Under the pieces are notes generated by a model, which saw only the letters and a program-made list of their open reading frames with translations, made no database searches and was not told the origin of the DNA. A stretch of 64,000 nucleotides of DNA from Basidiobolus meristosporus CBS 931.73 (Eukaryota; Fungi; Basidiobolomycota): the NCBI GenBank assembly GCA_002104905.1, contig MCFE01000183.1, forward strand, positions 76,812 through 140,811, given 5' to 3'. Shown in pieces: positions 13,801-27,907 of the stretch (within the stretch, counting starts at the first letter, position 1; the number at the start of each line of letters is the position of its first letter). Position numbers and translations under genes: made by a program.

Positions 13801-15554
13801 TCATAAGCTGCATTCCTTTGCCCTCAAACCCATATTTGTGGGCCACATCCTCGGCAAAGATGGGCGGGCTCTGGCGACAAACGACCGCTGAAAAGGTGAA
13901 AGTTAGGAAGCCAAAGAAGGCGGAGATCAGCAGAATTATTATACATAGGGAGACTTTTTCTCTCCAAGCTTGGCGCACATCCGAGTCGGTCAACTTCCCG
14001 CAATCAGCCAAACAGTGGTTTACACAGCAGCAGGTTAGAAGCTTCGAGGCAATCTCCCAGAGCCTTCTAGAATCGGACGGCTCCTCCTGGCTTCCCGCTA
14101 TAGAAGGGTTGGTCATCATGCGGGGATGTGGCGGTGATCGCCGACGTTGAAACTCCGGCTCAATCAGTGGCTGGTGATTGTCGTACGAGGAACGCGATTG
14201 TCGCCGGTCAAGCTTGATTTGGAAGGGAGACTTGACATTCCAGCCGGACTTCTCGTTGGAGAAGCTTTCCCACTGGCTTTGCTCCCAGGAGCTCTCGTCC
14301 AAAGATTTGATGGATCTCGTAAAAGTTGACGTCGCAGGCCTTTGGTCGGCGATATGGAATTCGGATGACGCCTGTTTCCCGGAGCCTAGCCGGTAATTGT
14401 GGGATCTGATGTATTTGGTAGACAAGTTGGATCCCCGTGAGCTTCGGTGGCCGGTGAGAGTGATAGAGGAGACCGGGGAGCTCCTCGCGGTGCTAGGCTG
14501 CTCACTAATCGTGCTTGGGAACGGAGACAGAGTCGAGCTTCCAAGCTCTCTCGATAAGATTCGCGACTTCGGGCGAACGCTGAAGGGGATTGGTGCGGGG
14601 ATGGTAGGCCTTTTGCTGGGTACATTGGGGATTTCACAGTCGGCCAAGATCCGCACAATTGCCAAGCGGCTAGCATCCCGAGCCAGATCCTCTGCATTCT
14701 TGCCGTTATCGGTGGTAAGTGTGACGTCTGCGCCGTATTCCACGAGCTTTTGCACGACTGAAACCTTGCCTGCATGGGCCGCCAGCATCAGAGCTGACCA
14801 GCCGAACTAAGAAGTGGCAAATGTTAGGTGGTGCTAACCCCGATGGCCCAATCAGACACGAAGCACAAACCTTGTCCACACAGTCCACCTCGGCCCCCCG
14901 CTCCAGGAGCGCCTCCACCGTATCTTCGTAGCCCTCAAAGCTCGCGAAGCTTAAAGCGGTTTTCTGGGTGATGTCCCGATGATTGATGTTTGCATGGCCG
15001 ATGCCCACTAAGAAGCAGCACAGCGACGCGTGGCCGTTGTAGGCGGCAATGATCAGCGGAGTGCTCAGCTCCTGGATAGAAACGGTAGATTAGCCCCCTA
15101 CCATCGGCCCCAACTAGTAGAAATACAACCTTACCCTGTTCTCAGCATCAGCATTGGCGCCGGCTTTGATCAACTGTTCGGCGGCCTCGCTAGCACCCGC
15201 CGCACAAGCTTTGTACAACGCAGTATTTCCTTCATTGTCTTTCTTGGAGATAGAATAAGTGAGCTGCATCCAGGGCATGGGGTTGTTACACGTCTAGAAG
15301 AAAACCAAACCTCTTAGCTCCAAGTCAACAGTGGGGTGGCTCGCAAGGAACTTCAACACCTTGATCCGATTTCGGAAAGCTGCCACCATGAGAGGAGCAC
15401 GACCATCCTCATCACGGATGTAGTTCAGGTCAAACTGCTTTTGGTTAAATATCTCACAAACTCTATCTACATCGTCTTGATTTATTGCCTGGAAGAACTC
15501 CACCACTGGGTCCGAAGAGGGGGAAATGCTATACCATGTCGGTATGCGGGACAT
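10808..15554 (-). CDS. Division-2 (class IV-like) chitin synthase with N-terminal ankyrin repeats
   Basis: Cyt-b5-like segment (MIVRGRLYNV), MVDADT, CLPGCF, LGEDRYLT, QRRRW. Upstream exons 15554-14790 encode about six ankyrin repeats (DGRAPLMVAA, EGNTALYKAC, TPLIIAA, QKTALSFAS, GWSALMLAA) that splice into the same ORF. Confidence 0.9.
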
Positions 15555-16518
15555 GGGAAAACTCAAACCAAAGGATAAATAGGGTTGGTTTTTATAAATA
15601 TACAGCCTAGGATGGCAATGGTGGTATCAAATGAAATGTCCATAGAGGAGCGACGCTTATTTATGGCCCGCTTGGAAGCTCGCCATGAAGTGCGGAACTT
15701 TGCGATACAATGGCCTCGGGTTGGAAAGTAAACTCCGGCGCCCGAGTTCCACTGGAGCTGTATGGCAGGGCATGGTAAACGATCATTCGGCCCGGAATAA
15801 ATGAATCCCCTCCGTGTCCTGGGTGCATATGTTGTAATTTGTCTTGAATGCGAGATGAAGGAAATTTCCCTGGGCATTTGATTGCAGCGGAGATCGCTAC
15901 TTCGAAGGGAGCATCGATGTGTGCATGCCGACGCCGCCGCCATACAATGGTTTGTCGGTGTCGAGCTAGCATTGGTCTGAGGCGTCTGGTAGAACAGACT
16001 GCGCCCATTGCTACGAGACATCAGGCTGTGGAAAACATGGCAGGGATACGCGGCTGCATCGGACACTTCAAGGACCATTCCTATTCCAGACCTCACTGAT
16101 GAGCGCACTTATCAACCACGCATCAACCACTGTGATAGCAGCGATGAGCAGTAATGCGTACATATTGTTGAAATAGAAATCATCAGTAGCAATTTTGTCT
16201 AAATTATTAATGTTGTGGATGCTTCGTAGCACCAATTTTGGGCCTCGTATTAGACCTCAATGGATCGAAGAGATCAAATGGCTACGGCCTGGTTACTGCG
16301 AGAACTTCGATTCGATTTAATTAAAACCAGTCAGCCTTGGACTTATTTGGAAAGCCATCTGAAGAATTTAACTCTGTGGAAAGGTTCTTCGCTGATTCGA
16401 TATAAACGGTTGACCAGCTCCTTGGTAGGTGGAAGCTCCACTTGGTTAGACCGGCGATTACCACACACTTGTAGCCGCACAGCGTACTCCACAACTCACT
16501 CTGAAATACCTCTCCAAC

Positions 16519-17374
16519 ATGCACTGTGCTGGCTCAGCTTTTGGAGATGCCGAAACACTCATTGGTACGTATTTTCTTGACCAAGCCCTTATAAGCCGGC
16601 TAATAGCTGAGTTATGTCTCTGTAGATGCAGCGGAATATGTTGTCGACAGGGTCTGGCGTCCCTTCAACTCAGTCTCAGATTCAAATCGCTTGGATTTGC
16701 GAGAATTTGTCCGAGAAACGGTCAACGCTTCGCAAACAGCCCATTCAACAACGATCCTCTCACTCTATTATATGTACAAGCTGCGCGGAGCTGTCCATAA
16801 GATGATGTTCGGCCGAGAGTATACACCGTTAGAGGCCAGCGGCTGGAAGGGGATGCACAATATCACGTCCCCATTTGACGAAGATGGATTTGAGCAACAG
16901 GCTTCATTGGAACCCAATGCCCAGCAGCGGCTGTACTTCGCAAAGAATACTTTTGTTGGCGCACTGATAGTGGCCTCGAAATACCATCAAGAAAACAACC
17001 CTTTCAATATGGATTGGGCGCGTTACACAAGCTCCACTTTGGCACAGGTCAACGATTTGGAAATGGAATTTCTTGACTGCATCCAGTATGATCTTCACGT
17101 GTCCAAGGAGGAATATGAGCTATGGACCGTCGAGCTCTGGCGAGAGGTCCAAGAGGCCGTGCGCAGTAAATGGAGGGCTCACAAGCGCGCCTCTACTGGG
17201 AAGGCAAAGTCATCAGCGAGGCACCATCATCATGTGAGCAATCCTTACACAAGTAGCCTCCGCTTCGACTCTAGAAGGCATGACCAACACGCCTCCAGCA
17301 ACGAGGAACGTGAGCTCATTATCCCGATCGAACGAGCGGTTTCTGCTCAAATCAGGCACTTTGTCAGGGACTAG
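16519..17374 (+). CDS. Pho85-type (Pcl-like) cyclin
   Basis: LREFVRETVNASQ..TILSLYYMYKL, FVGALIVASKYHQE, LAQVNDLEMEFLDCIQYDL; one intron ~16565-16626. Confidence 0.85.
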
Positions 17375-17678
17375 GCTGGGGCCGACACCCCACGGAGCTG
17401 GACTGCACCCTCTTCTCTGTACACATACGATTGTCTGCTCCACTGTACTCTTGTATATACATGTTTGAAATAAATGCTGAATGGAGATTCTCGTCGGTTT
17501 GATTCTGATTTTTAGTAATGCCAAATCCCACCATCTTGTATTTGTAAGCCAAGATCAATCTCTGGTGAGAAATGATCAATGCTGATAATCATGTGTCACA
17601 TGACGATGCGCAACATGTGTGGTTCGTTTGGTCTCCCCTTCGCTCATTGTCCTCTACTCTGAGGAGTGCTACTTCCCA

Positions 17679-18903
17679 ATGACTTCTACACAGCCCACTC
17701 CCAGTGAACCATCGGAACCAAGATTCGACCACAATCGTGTTCGCATACCTATGAAGCTATCTCTCCCTCCTGGTGCTCAACCTGACATCATTAGAGCCAA
17801 CCAGAAGGATGTTTATTATGAGAAAGTGCTGGAAGAGAAAGTGGTCGGGGTGTTTCAAGACTGGTTAGGAACAAGAAGACAATTGCAGTACCAAAACGAG
17901 CTCAACCTGGCTTCAAAATTGGTATACCTGTCGCTGACCACGTTGTTGGGCTCACAAACGTTAGGGGAGGAGTATTGTGATATCTTGCAAGTGACCACAG
18001 AAGCAGGAACATACCCAAGTCTTATACGGCGTGCATTGCTGGTGTTCCTGAATGTCTGTGCACCCTACCTGGCAGCGAGAGGCCTCACAAGCCTAAGGAA
18101 AACAAGCCGCCAACGGCAACTTATCAATGGTAATCTCTTCCTTATCTATTGCTCGGGGCTCATGTTAAAGTTCGGAAATTGCTAGCCGCGAAAACAGAAG
18201 AACAAGGTCTGAAGCCCAGAGTGCAGAAATGGCTTACTGAGCACTCAGCTAAGCTTCAGACGTTCTTCACCACCTACGTACGCTCAACGCATATGGCTAT
18301 CTTTTATTTCTTTGGAGCGTATTATCATTTCTCCAAAAGATTCACTGGGATACGTTATGTAAGCGATATTTCACACCTCAATGGAGCCAGTCGGTACTTA
18401 CGCAGCTCCCTTTAGATCTTCACTCGGAAGCTACGCAAAGGCGAGGAGCGTGTTGGTTACGAGATTCTTGGTGTGTTGATCGTCATACAACTGTTGGTTA
18501 AAGGATTCCTCTCTTATCGTCAAAGCCTCAACAATACACCAAAGGAAGAGGTGGAGGAGGAGGCAGATACCGATTTGTAAGTAGATGTTGGATCGACCCC
18601 GAGCAGAGCTTGTCTGACCTTGGCCAAATCAACAGAAACTACTCGATGGATGTGGAATCTTCCGCACAATCGTGCACACTTTGTCTGTCGCCACGCAAGG
18701 ATACAACGGCAACTCCATGCGGGCATCTTTTCTGCTGGACATGCATCTGCGAATGGTGTCGAAACAAGGTAAGCAACGGGGCGATCTGCCATTCATTTGC
18801 CTACGCTTATCAACAGCTAATTGAAATGATCACTCAGCCGGAATGCCCACTCTGCAGACAACCAGCCACCTCATCTAAGCTTCTGTTGGTTCAAAATTAT
18901 TAA
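17679..18903 (+). CDS. PEX10: Peroxin 10 (Pex2/10/12 N-domain + RING), multi-exon
   Basis: AQPDIIRANQKDVYY, GSQTLGEEYCDI, CTLCLSPRKDTTATPCGHLFCWTCICEWC..ECPLCRQ. Confidence 0.95.
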
Positions 18904-19121
18904 ATCTTATCGCATTCATCAATAAACTTTCCTTGATTAATTTTATTCACCCTCAAACCAACCACCATTGACTAGAGTCGACAGAAAACGAAAATTTCTA
19001 GGTGGAGATTTCTGACCCCAAAATTGAGCGGCAAAAATCTTGCTGGTTTTATTAATTGAAGTAAAGGACTTCGCCTTGAGACCTGACTTGACGAAGACCC
19101 CAGACTTTTCGAAGTTTCACC

Positions 19122-19584
19122 ATGTTTCAACTACTTAGCAGACCATTCGGCTTGTTGGCTGGCTTCCGTCAACCTGTTCAGAGAAATGTCACCGGGCTCC
19201 AGTCGTTGGCTGGCCACCTGTCCAGGTAATTTGAGTTTCCTCCATGACCGCCTCGCCGTGCAAACGAGACTAACTCCTATTTGCATTCGCCCCGAACCAG
19301 TCGTTTCGCCCGACCCTCCAACGCCTTGAAGTGAGTTACTGCAGCTACGGAAGCGAGTTCTTGAGATCCTTTACTAAACCGAGCTCTACCCCATTAGTGT
19401 TCCTTCCGGACTCCGAGTCAATGGTATGGAGCAGATCCGATGCGTCACCTACGGAAACGAATACCAGCCAAGCAATCTGGTTCGCAAGAGACGCCACGGC
19501 TTCCTGGCCAGAATCCGCACCAAGTCCGGTCGCAGAATTCTCAACCGGAGAAAGCTCAAGGGACGTAAATACCTGTCCCACTGA
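19122..19584 (+). CDS. MRPL34: Mitochondrial ribosomal protein bL34m
   Basis: C-terminal [46 protein letters not shown]; presequence-like first exon; missed by the ORF track. Confidence 0.9.
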
Positions 19585-19921
19585 GCGGCTCCAGCCCGAA
19601 ACCTTCGTGCCCTTCATCAATCGACCTTTCTTTGTTCCTCCCCTAGAACTGAACCACCCATCTGCATTTTGTGAACAGCTTCTTTTCTCTCCATTGAAAT
19701 AAACCACCTTTCAAATGAACCGACTGGCTGTCCCCCAACCAACATACCACTGGCTATTAATACAGCAGCACTTCAAACATAGCAAACAAGGCCCCTCTGA
19801 CATCATGGAGGACGGTCACGTCATTGGCGAGATGCGGTTATTTTAATCTACCAAGGTCGCTGACTCAGCCTCGACGGATATAAAACCCAGTGGACGTTGT
19901 CATGGTGAATGGAACCAAACT

Positions 19922-21606
19922 ATGCTCCGAAACTACTTGTGTCTAGCTCAGATTCTGATCGGCTTGCCATCCATGGTGTGGGGCCGAAACGTAGGGAACT
20001 TGGCCACGGACGGTACGTATAGGGGGGAGCTGCTCATGTCGAACATGTCTCATCCGCGGGGAATCACCTTTGACCCCGCGGGGTCCTTGCTTGTGGTGTG
20101 CGTCGAGTCGCAAGAGGTAGTGGCGCTTCGGGAGGATGCCTCGGGGGCGTTTTCCAAATATACCATCATCAACCAAACCAACCTCCCCGCGCAGTTCACC
20201 TTGAATCATGGCATAGCGTACTTCCAGGACCACCTCTATCTATCCAACGACACTACAGCCTACCGGTGGCCTTATGGCGCTGGCCAGCTCACTCTCGCCA
20301 CGAATACCCCGCAGAGGGTGATACGGAACATCGACGGTGGTGGGAACCATTTCACCCGCACGCTACTGATCCGAGAGTCCGACGGAAGGCTGTTCATCAA
20401 TGTCGGAAGTTCTGGAAATGTGGACCCAAACTCCAATCGGGCGAAGGTCAGGTAGGTTGCCGGTTCTCTTCCGCAGACGCGTGGTTAATCGGGTCTTGTT
20501 CCAGGTACTTCGATCTCGGGGCGAGTGGTGATTCTTGGTTGCCAGGGAATCCAGATGGATTTGATTTTCAGGCCGGTGCGGTTCTTGCCGATGGTGTGAG
20601 AAATGAATGTGGCCTTGGCCTCGATCGGCACGAGAATGTGTGGGGGGTCGAGAATGGTTCGGATCAGCTGATCCGCTCGGATCTAGGCGGAGATATCCAT
20701 GAGTGGAATCCAGCCGAAGAGATGAACTTCTTCGGTGGCAACAGGACCAACCCCGCGACAAACGTTTCTTTCGGCTGGCCATATTGCTGGTAAGGAGCTG
20801 TTCTGACCCTAGCCTCTGTCTATGTGGAGACGAAGTGACCTCTCTTACCAGGACTGACTACAACCTGACCATATACGATCCTCAGATCACAGAGAGAGGT
20901 TGGTCATGAACTCACATTCTTGGCGGCTGGCCAACTAACATCAACCACACTTTGTAGGCAATCAGTGGGCTTGGCCAGATTTCATGAACAATGGGTAGAC
21001 CTCCCTCGTCATACCTGCCTACTTCGCTTTCGCTAAGCGCTGTTCCATGTAGGCTAATTTCCGATACCTGGTGCCGAAACTCGACAAACAATATGCCCCC
21101 GGCCTTGGCTATGCAGGCCCACAGGTGAAGTACCTCCAGCACTGCACCGTCACCAACAGCCAATGTACTAATACTATAGCTTTAGCGCTCCTCTGGACAT
21201 TAAATTTTTCGATGGGAGCGGATGCGGTGTTGCCGGGGGATTTAGCTGCAGTCATGCTTGGGATGCCTTTATCTCCTTTCATGGGTCCTGGAACAGGGAT
21301 CGGCCAAACGGACGTAAAATCGTCCGTGTTCCTATTGATCCCGTAACTGGAAAACCCGTTGGAGGAATCTCTGGTCAGGTGTTCGATGTGTGGGGGGAAT
21401 TGGACCCCGGCAATTGTCAAGACACATGCTTTCGGCCGGTTGGGCTTGCTTTTGATCGTAAAGGACACCTCTATGTTAGCTCAGATAGCTCCAACGAGAT
21501 CTGGCGTATCAGTCTAGAAAACGACGCGAGCTTGAGGTCAGCATCCGTTTTATTGGTACGGGCCGTCGCACTTCTCACCCTTGGTTGCTCCTCGCTAATT
21601 CATTGA
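19922..21606 (+). CDS. Secreted sorbosone-dehydrogenase-like beta-propeller (AA12-like PQQ-dependent sugar dehydrogenase), multi-exon
   Basis: Signal peptide; HPRGITFD, GGNHFTRTL, DGVRNECGL, WGVENGSD, NPAEEMN, GWPYCW, FRPVGLAFDRKGHLYVSSDSSNEI; hydrophobic C-terminus. Confidence 0.8.
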
Positions 21607-21736
21607 TCAAATTTGTAGTGAATTCATTCCGTCAATAAACCCAGAAATTCCAACCAGACTCAATAAATAGGTGTCCAGCACATTTAATCAATTAATTACA
21701 CACGAAAGTTCCGGTCGCATATCTTCAGCACTCGTC

Positions 21737-24145
21737 CTAACCAAACATTATTCTCAAATACAGATACACGAGGCAACCCAAAAACTTAAAGGCAGATAAG
21801 CCGGCCATGGACCAAAAGATGAAGTCCAGGTAGGGTCTAGAGCTGACATAGTCCCCAGCAATGCTGTGAATCCACCCGTTGACAACTTCCGACTGGAACG
21901 CTAGGATCAGTACCACATTGCTGAACATCCAAGTAAGCACCGTACGTGTACGGAACAGCCGGTAGTAGTCTTCGCGTTTGGTAGCCGCATCGGTTTGTTG
22001 CTTCTCCGGCTCGGGCTTCACTTGGAGGTCGGAGAGCAAGTCGGCGTAGAGCGCATTGACATCCTGTTTCTCGGTGGGCACCTCGACGGTCGCTACCTCG
22101 ACTCCCTTCTTGTTGGTAAGGGAGGTGACATTTCCGAGATTGGCCGACGCATTGTTGTCACCTTTGGTGCCCCAGGAGACATCGTGCGTGTTGCAGAAAG
22201 CGTACACCATAAGGATGCACACGTAGGATGGGAAAATGAACATGTACTGTACGAAGGAGGTGAACATGTGCCACGGCTCGAAGTACAAAAACGACGAGAG
22301 GAAGTACAGCCCGTACGTGGAGGCCACCGCAATAAAGATGTTGACCGTCTCTTTGGTGAAGGGCTGTTTCAGTAGGTTGTTGTACACGTCGGGATTGCTG
22401 AAGTAGACCGTTAGGTTAAATCCGATGGTATACAGCATAATGGCCATCACGAAAGCAAACAGATAGACGCAGAGGAGGTAGATGATCTTGGAGCCTTGCG
22501 GACGGTTCCCAAGAGAAAGGACGAACTGCACAATAATCCCCAACAGGAAGATCTCTCGAACAATGGAGTAGACATACTTCGATTTATGGAAGAACGGGTC
22601 TGGGCCATCGTTATCGTCGGAGGAATTCTGTTGACCCATGAAGTAGAAGGTAAGATAGAAATTACCCAGCGCGAACCAGGAGAAGAATAAATTAATGACG
22701 TTATAAATAAACTGGATCATAAACAGTCCCTTGCGAAAGAGGCCATGGTTCGTTCTCCATATCTGGAACCAATGGGCCGTGGCAAAGAAGGCAGCGAACA
22801 AAGAGCCATTCAACCATCGACGACGTTGAGAAATGAACTCGGGCCAATTATCCGGTACGTCGGTCTCTGCCTTGGCCGATTTCACGTATTTGAGAACCCA
22901 TTTGCTGTTCTTCTTGGCGCACAGTTCAAAGCAGAGAATACGATCTTCCGCCAGATACATGTTGGCTTCAAAGATACCCCCAGTGGCATCCGCTCCATGC
23001 ATCGTCTCTCCCTTGAAGTAGGACGCGAGAGGACCAATTCCGGGGGCAGTGTTCTTTAAAGCCGCGTATCTGTATGCGGAGAACGCACCGGGAAGAACAC
23101 TGATGTATCCAAACACACTCTCCAACGGCTTATCCAGGATGTTGCTCATTTTGTACTCGAAATTTTGCGCAGCAACCAACGGGTTCCAAAGGTTGGAGCA
23201 GCCGGTGCCCAGCTCCACGCAGATCTCACCGCACGCGCCACCTACGCTTGGATTCCTGTCGAATGCCTTCCACAGGTGGTAGATCGAGGTGCCACTGGGA
23301 CGTGTTCCGACATCCAGCAAGATACACACGTTGGGATTCAGCAGCGGAGCAAAAGCGTTGAAAAACCAGCGATGGGAGTTCAGCTTTTTGGCATTCTTCT
23401 CCTTCAAACAGAAAACCATTTGGATGGGCACGAAGTCCTGCTCAGCAATCGAGTGCACCCTCATATCACTGTCGAGATAAAGCTGGGAGGTGTATTCGTA
23501 GATGTGCGCGGTGACACCCTTCCCGTTGACGGTGCTTTGCGCTATGCCGTCCTGATACACGCCCATGGCGCCTAAAACCTTGAGCACCCGAGGATGCACC
23601 TTGGTACGGCCGTCTGCGACCACACAAACAACACATTTCTTCCACCCCTCATTCCCCCAAACCTTGGACTTGGAACGGTTGCATAGATGGCGGATATTCT
23701 TGATTACACCGGTGAAGGTTTTGACAAAGAGCTGCTCATCTTCGTTGTACATGGTCATCACGATAAACAGCTCCGTGGTGCGGCCAAACATTGCTGGACG
23801 CAGGGTGTATCTATTCTGTAAAAAGTCGTTTGGATCACAGGTAGCCGCGGTATACCGCATGGTTTCAAACTCTTCTCCCCTGTTAGGGGCTTTCTCCAGG
23901 ATTTTGTCGGCAATTGGACACTCGATGACCAGGTTTCCAGAGATCAGCTCTATATGCCGGATACTCTTACGGCGATCCTCGATGTATTGTCTGTATCTTC
24001 GGGAGCCTGGGGGAGGGGCCACATTCGCGTTGTAAAGCTCTTCTATATGCCCCGGCGCCGGATCTCTGAAAGGATCCTCGGTCGGGTGTTCGTAGTTATC
24101 ATAGGCTAACGGATGGTTGGAGTAAGGCTGGCGATAGTTACTCAT
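21737..24145 (-). CDS. Division-1 chitin synthase (class I/II/III type), intronless CDS
   Basis: [57 protein letters not shown]. Confidence 0.97.
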   Translation of the reverse strand: MSNYRQPYSNHPLAYDNYEHPTEDPFRDPAPGHIEELYNANVAPPPGSRRYRQYIEDRRKSIRHIELISGNLVIECPIADKILEKAPNRGEEFETMRYTAATCDPNDFLQNRYTLRPAMFGRTTELFIVMTMYNEDEQLFVKTFTGVIKNIRHLCNRSKSKVWGNEGWKKCVVCVVADGRTKVHPRVLKVLGAMGVYQDGIAQSTVNGKGVTAHIYEYTSQLYLDSDMRVHSIAEQDFVPIQMVFCLKEKNAKKLNSHRWFFNAFAPLLNPNVCILLDVGTRPSGTSIYHLWKAFDRNPSVGGACGEICVELGTGCSNLWNPLVAAQNFEYKMSNILDKPLESVFGYISVLPGAFSAYRYAALKNTAPGIGPLASYFKGETMHGADATGGIFEANMYLAEDRILCFELCAKKNSKWVLKYVKSAKAETDVPDNWPEFISQRRRWLNGSLFAAFFATAHWFQIWRTNHGLFRKGLFMIQFIYNVINLFFSWFALGNFYLTFYFMGQQNSSDDNDGPDPFFHKSKYVYSIVREIFLLGIIVQFVLSLGNRPQGSKIIYLLCVYLFAFVMAIMLYTIGFNLTVYFSNPDVYNNLLKQPFTKETVNIFIAVASTYGLYFLSSFLYFEPWHMFTSFVQYMFIFPSYVCILMVYAFCNTHDVSWGTKGDNNASANLGNVTSLTNKKGVEVATVEVPTEKQDVNALYADLLSDLQVKPEPEKQQTDAATKREDYYRLFRTRTVLTWMFSNVVLILAFQSEVVNGWIHSIAGDYVSSRPYLDFIFWSMAGLSAFKFLGCLVYLYLRIMFG

Positions 24146-26338
24146 TTGGAGGGAAGGAGTGGAAGCCAATGTCTTTCAAAGACCTGATGTGGCGAGTGGA
24201 TTAGGCGAGGATGAAGGGTTTTAGGGCACTCTGGGGTAGCTTATAGTGTCTGGTTTGGGTGCGGAGTTTATATGTTGATTCGACTGTTTAAAGGAACACT
24301 GATTTAAATGGTGTCACATCACCCTGCCACAAATTAACGCAAGCCCACTAATCTCTTTGCACTTGTGAAATCAAATCACAATTGTAGAAGTGGTTTCGAG
24401 CTAATTTCCGAGCACCCAATGCTTGAGAACGAGCATGTAGTGTGGTATTGTAATCTCCATATTGGCGATGAATTCCCAAATTAGGCGAGTGGTTTACCTG
24501 CATTTGGAAATCCCATGACAGCTCCATATTCCCTTAGAGTGATACGTATTTTTGACAACGGGTAGTTGCTGTTTGTGCGCGAACTGACGTAGAAGGCGTG
24601 CACCTTCGCCACTTATGCCCAGCTTTGCTCTTTTACGTCCAAGTTATGTGAGGCTGGCATTGATCGACCTGTGCAGGAATTGTAATCGGAAGCGATACAT
24701 TGCGCCGGTTGGAGTGATTGATCCCACTTACGCAGCATCAATCAGGTGCGATGAATCAAGGCGATGTCTCGTGCTGGCAAGCGAGTGCAAACAGCCAATT
24801 GTCCTGTCTGTGGCTATGCATTGGAAGCACCCGCACTGTTCAATCTTGCAAGTTTACATACACTGTGTCTATTTTCACTGCGCTCGCGGCATGCGTGCAG
24901 AGGCACTGGCGCACGAATTTAAAAATACACGGATCTTCCAAATGTACCCGTCGTCCTGTGTTCCATTTCGAAACGACGGTCGTCGAGTTCATCCGCAACC
25001 GATTTCAGTGGTTAGGGATTGGTGGGCAGTTCGAAAATAGATCCCCTAAAAATAACCATGGCTTGGATAGCCGCCCCTATACACCAATCACATCTACAGG
25101 AGTGATTAGTGATTGCATCCAAAATGGCCTATTTTTAGATTGGGTCGCGGACTATACCAAGGGAAGTTAGCCTCTGGCATGTTGGGTCGTCGATATTTCT
25201 GCTCACCAGACTAACCCTCATAATGCCAGAGTTGGATTATCCAAGGAGCCCAATCGCACCCCCGACAAGCCCAATGGAACGGCGTTTAACGTCCAATAGT
25301 CCACCTTGTGTCAGAAATTCTCCTCGCTGTCTGTTTTCATTATACTCCAGCGACAATAGGGATCGCAGAAAATCGACCTAAGCGATCAACCTACAATCTG
25401 GATGCCATCCCTTGGCGTGGTAACAATATGAGCCTTAGGGAAGACCGTGACCAAGTAGGACTAGCTGAGATCCACACCCACGTGAGTGATCATGTTTGCT
25501 CTTGGCCCACCTGATGCTCAAATGGTCATTCATCGAAACTTATTAATCCACAGATGCTTAATGCAGTCTTATCGGCGACTCTCTTGCACCTAATGTAGGC
25601 GGCGTCCAGCGAATCATCTGGCCTTGATCGTGTGATAAATCGGATGAATGAGGGTTTGGGACGGCAGCCCTCAAATGAGAGGGTTTCATTTGCCAGGGCC
25701 AGTCGTACATCCGCACTTAATCCGCGAAGTAATGGCTCAGCATATGTCGGAGTTGATTGTACGGGGATCAGCAGAAGTGATCCGTTTTAGAGTGGTCTAT
25801 ATGGCATCCACTTAATGTCTATCCGATATCACACTAATGCTTCTGCATACACAGGAAACAGGGGCTATGCTATGTGCCAAATCCCAATAATATTGACTTC
25901 CAAATAGAAACCTGTTCCACTCTAGAATCACTGATATGATATCTATAATAACTGGTTGATTCAAATAAATAATGGCATCAAGGGCTGAGTGGATTAAGGC
26001 CACTCCCCGATTTCTAATCCTGACATCTTGAACTAATCTAGTAGTTCATATGATACCATAATTGGTCAGCAGATCATCAGAATAGATAGAATGGAGACTG
26101 TATTCCTACCGGTTTGTGCTTCATTATTAAAATAAAAACAAGAAAAAAAAGCGCGGGCCTCGTGACTCTCCTTACCTGCTATATAACGCTCAAGACGCCT
26201 ACGTTGTGCACTAAAATCCCACTCACGAATTCTCTCCCAGGGAATCTTGAAGAAGGCCGTTTTCACAAAAGCCGTTCCAACAGAATTTCCTTCGAGACTA
26301 GTCTTGAAATTCCCCAGATAGCATTTTCAACTATTGCT

Positions 26339-26893
26339 ATGTCTTGCACTGTTCTCCCCTCTAAACAGATTGCCGATTATAAGCCTCTTCCTGACCCACT
26401 CATCAGTAAGTGAGGACTCCATGCTAAGCTTCACACCCATGTCCTAACAATATCAACTTTAGATTTCACCACCGAGTTCTTGTGTGGGATTTTAAACTGC
26501 AAGCAGAGGCCACTGCGCCAAACCCAAATGCCAGAACTGCTACTCTTCGTCACTCGGGTAGCAGAACGCTCACGCATAAGCATCTTTACCGGAGTTATCG
26601 CGCTGATTTATCTGTATCGACTGAAAGCGAGGCTTCCTGCCAAGGCGCAGGGGGAATACGGCACATCACATAGACTGTTTCTCGCCAGCATACTGGTCGC
26701 ATCGAAATATCTTTATGGCCCCGAAGGACTAAGCAATCGTACCATGGCCGAGGTATCTGGCGTTTTCAATTCGACTGAAGTAAGCAGGATGGAAGAGGAG
26801 TTTCTGAAGTTGCTTGACTACAGAGTTTGGGTCAACGATCAGGAGCTCCGACTATTCCTGGAGGAGCACAAATCCGAGCTGTACTTGATTTAA
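26339..26893 (+). CDS. Small Pho85-type (Pcl1/2-like) cyclin
   Basis: ALIYLYRLKARLP, HRLFLASILVASKY, EVSRMEEEFLKLLDY; ATG 26339 with one intron. Confidence 0.9.
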
Positions 26894-27907
26894 ACTAACC
26901 AAATCGACCATAACCCCTTACCTTGTTAATATCCTTAATCGCCAGAATCTGGTAGTTTTGAGAGGAGATGTCTGACCCCATATTGCTGCTGATAATCGAG
27001 TAGACATTCCTAGCGAGTATTGTACAATAAGTTTATGACCAACCACGGTTTCTCTGACTATCCCCCACCCCCTACAGGCGCGCTTCCCTTTATTCCTGGC
27101 TTACTTTTTGTTCATATTATGTATCAAAATCATGTTGCATTTTGCGACCTCCCAGCTTGTAATGATTTATCCCCTAACTAGACTCTACCTACTCCTTTAT
27201 CTCCTATAACGCACTATCCGTTTTGTGTTGTGTATTGTCTATCCTGTACTTCTACTGTTTCATATAAATGACCATCATATCAATCTATTTTTAAAGTGCG
27301 AGGATGCTAGTATTTCTGCTCTGGGGTAAAAGTTTGGTGGCTGCGTCCTTTTAGGATGCGTGTGGTTATGCGAACCAACAAGGACCGACATGATTCTCTT
27401 GAAATCATACCCATACACATGTTGTCCTTGTTCCATTGCGGCAATGGGAGACCAGCAAATGTGCTATCACCCATGCTGCACGGACACCTTCATGGTAAGG
27501 ACATGAATGGTCATGATGGCTCCTAATCATACCATATGGAAGTATCCAGTGCAAACGCTGCCAAGGCATTATTTAATCTTCGGCTAGCGCTGCGATTTTT
27601 GCTATTTTCATTCAAATCAGACTAAATAAGCATTGATTGTGTTTCATCTTATCAAACAGTTGATCAGTAATTGTTTGCATAAGTCTGCCACATTTGTTGT
27701 TCTGCGGTTGTAATTTCGATTAATCATTGAATAGAAATGGTTGGTCAGCTCGTGTGATCTTGTTTTGATGACATGCATGAGATTATTGTTATGATTTAAA
27801 CCCTCAGAGTCATGTGATTAAAGACAGTCATTCCAAGCATTTTCCATGCGGCTTTAAAGGTCAATTTACTGACTGTCCTGCTATAGTTTGTTCACAACTA
27901 CGTAAAG

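Noticed and set aside
15563-16108. 181-aa ORF between CHS and the cyclin
   Set aside because: No recognisable motif; lies in a divergent promoter region.
24200-26300. Short ORFs or a possible ncRNA in the long CHS-cyclin intergenic region
   Set aside because: No domain, tRNA cloverleaf or convincing structure recognised by eye.
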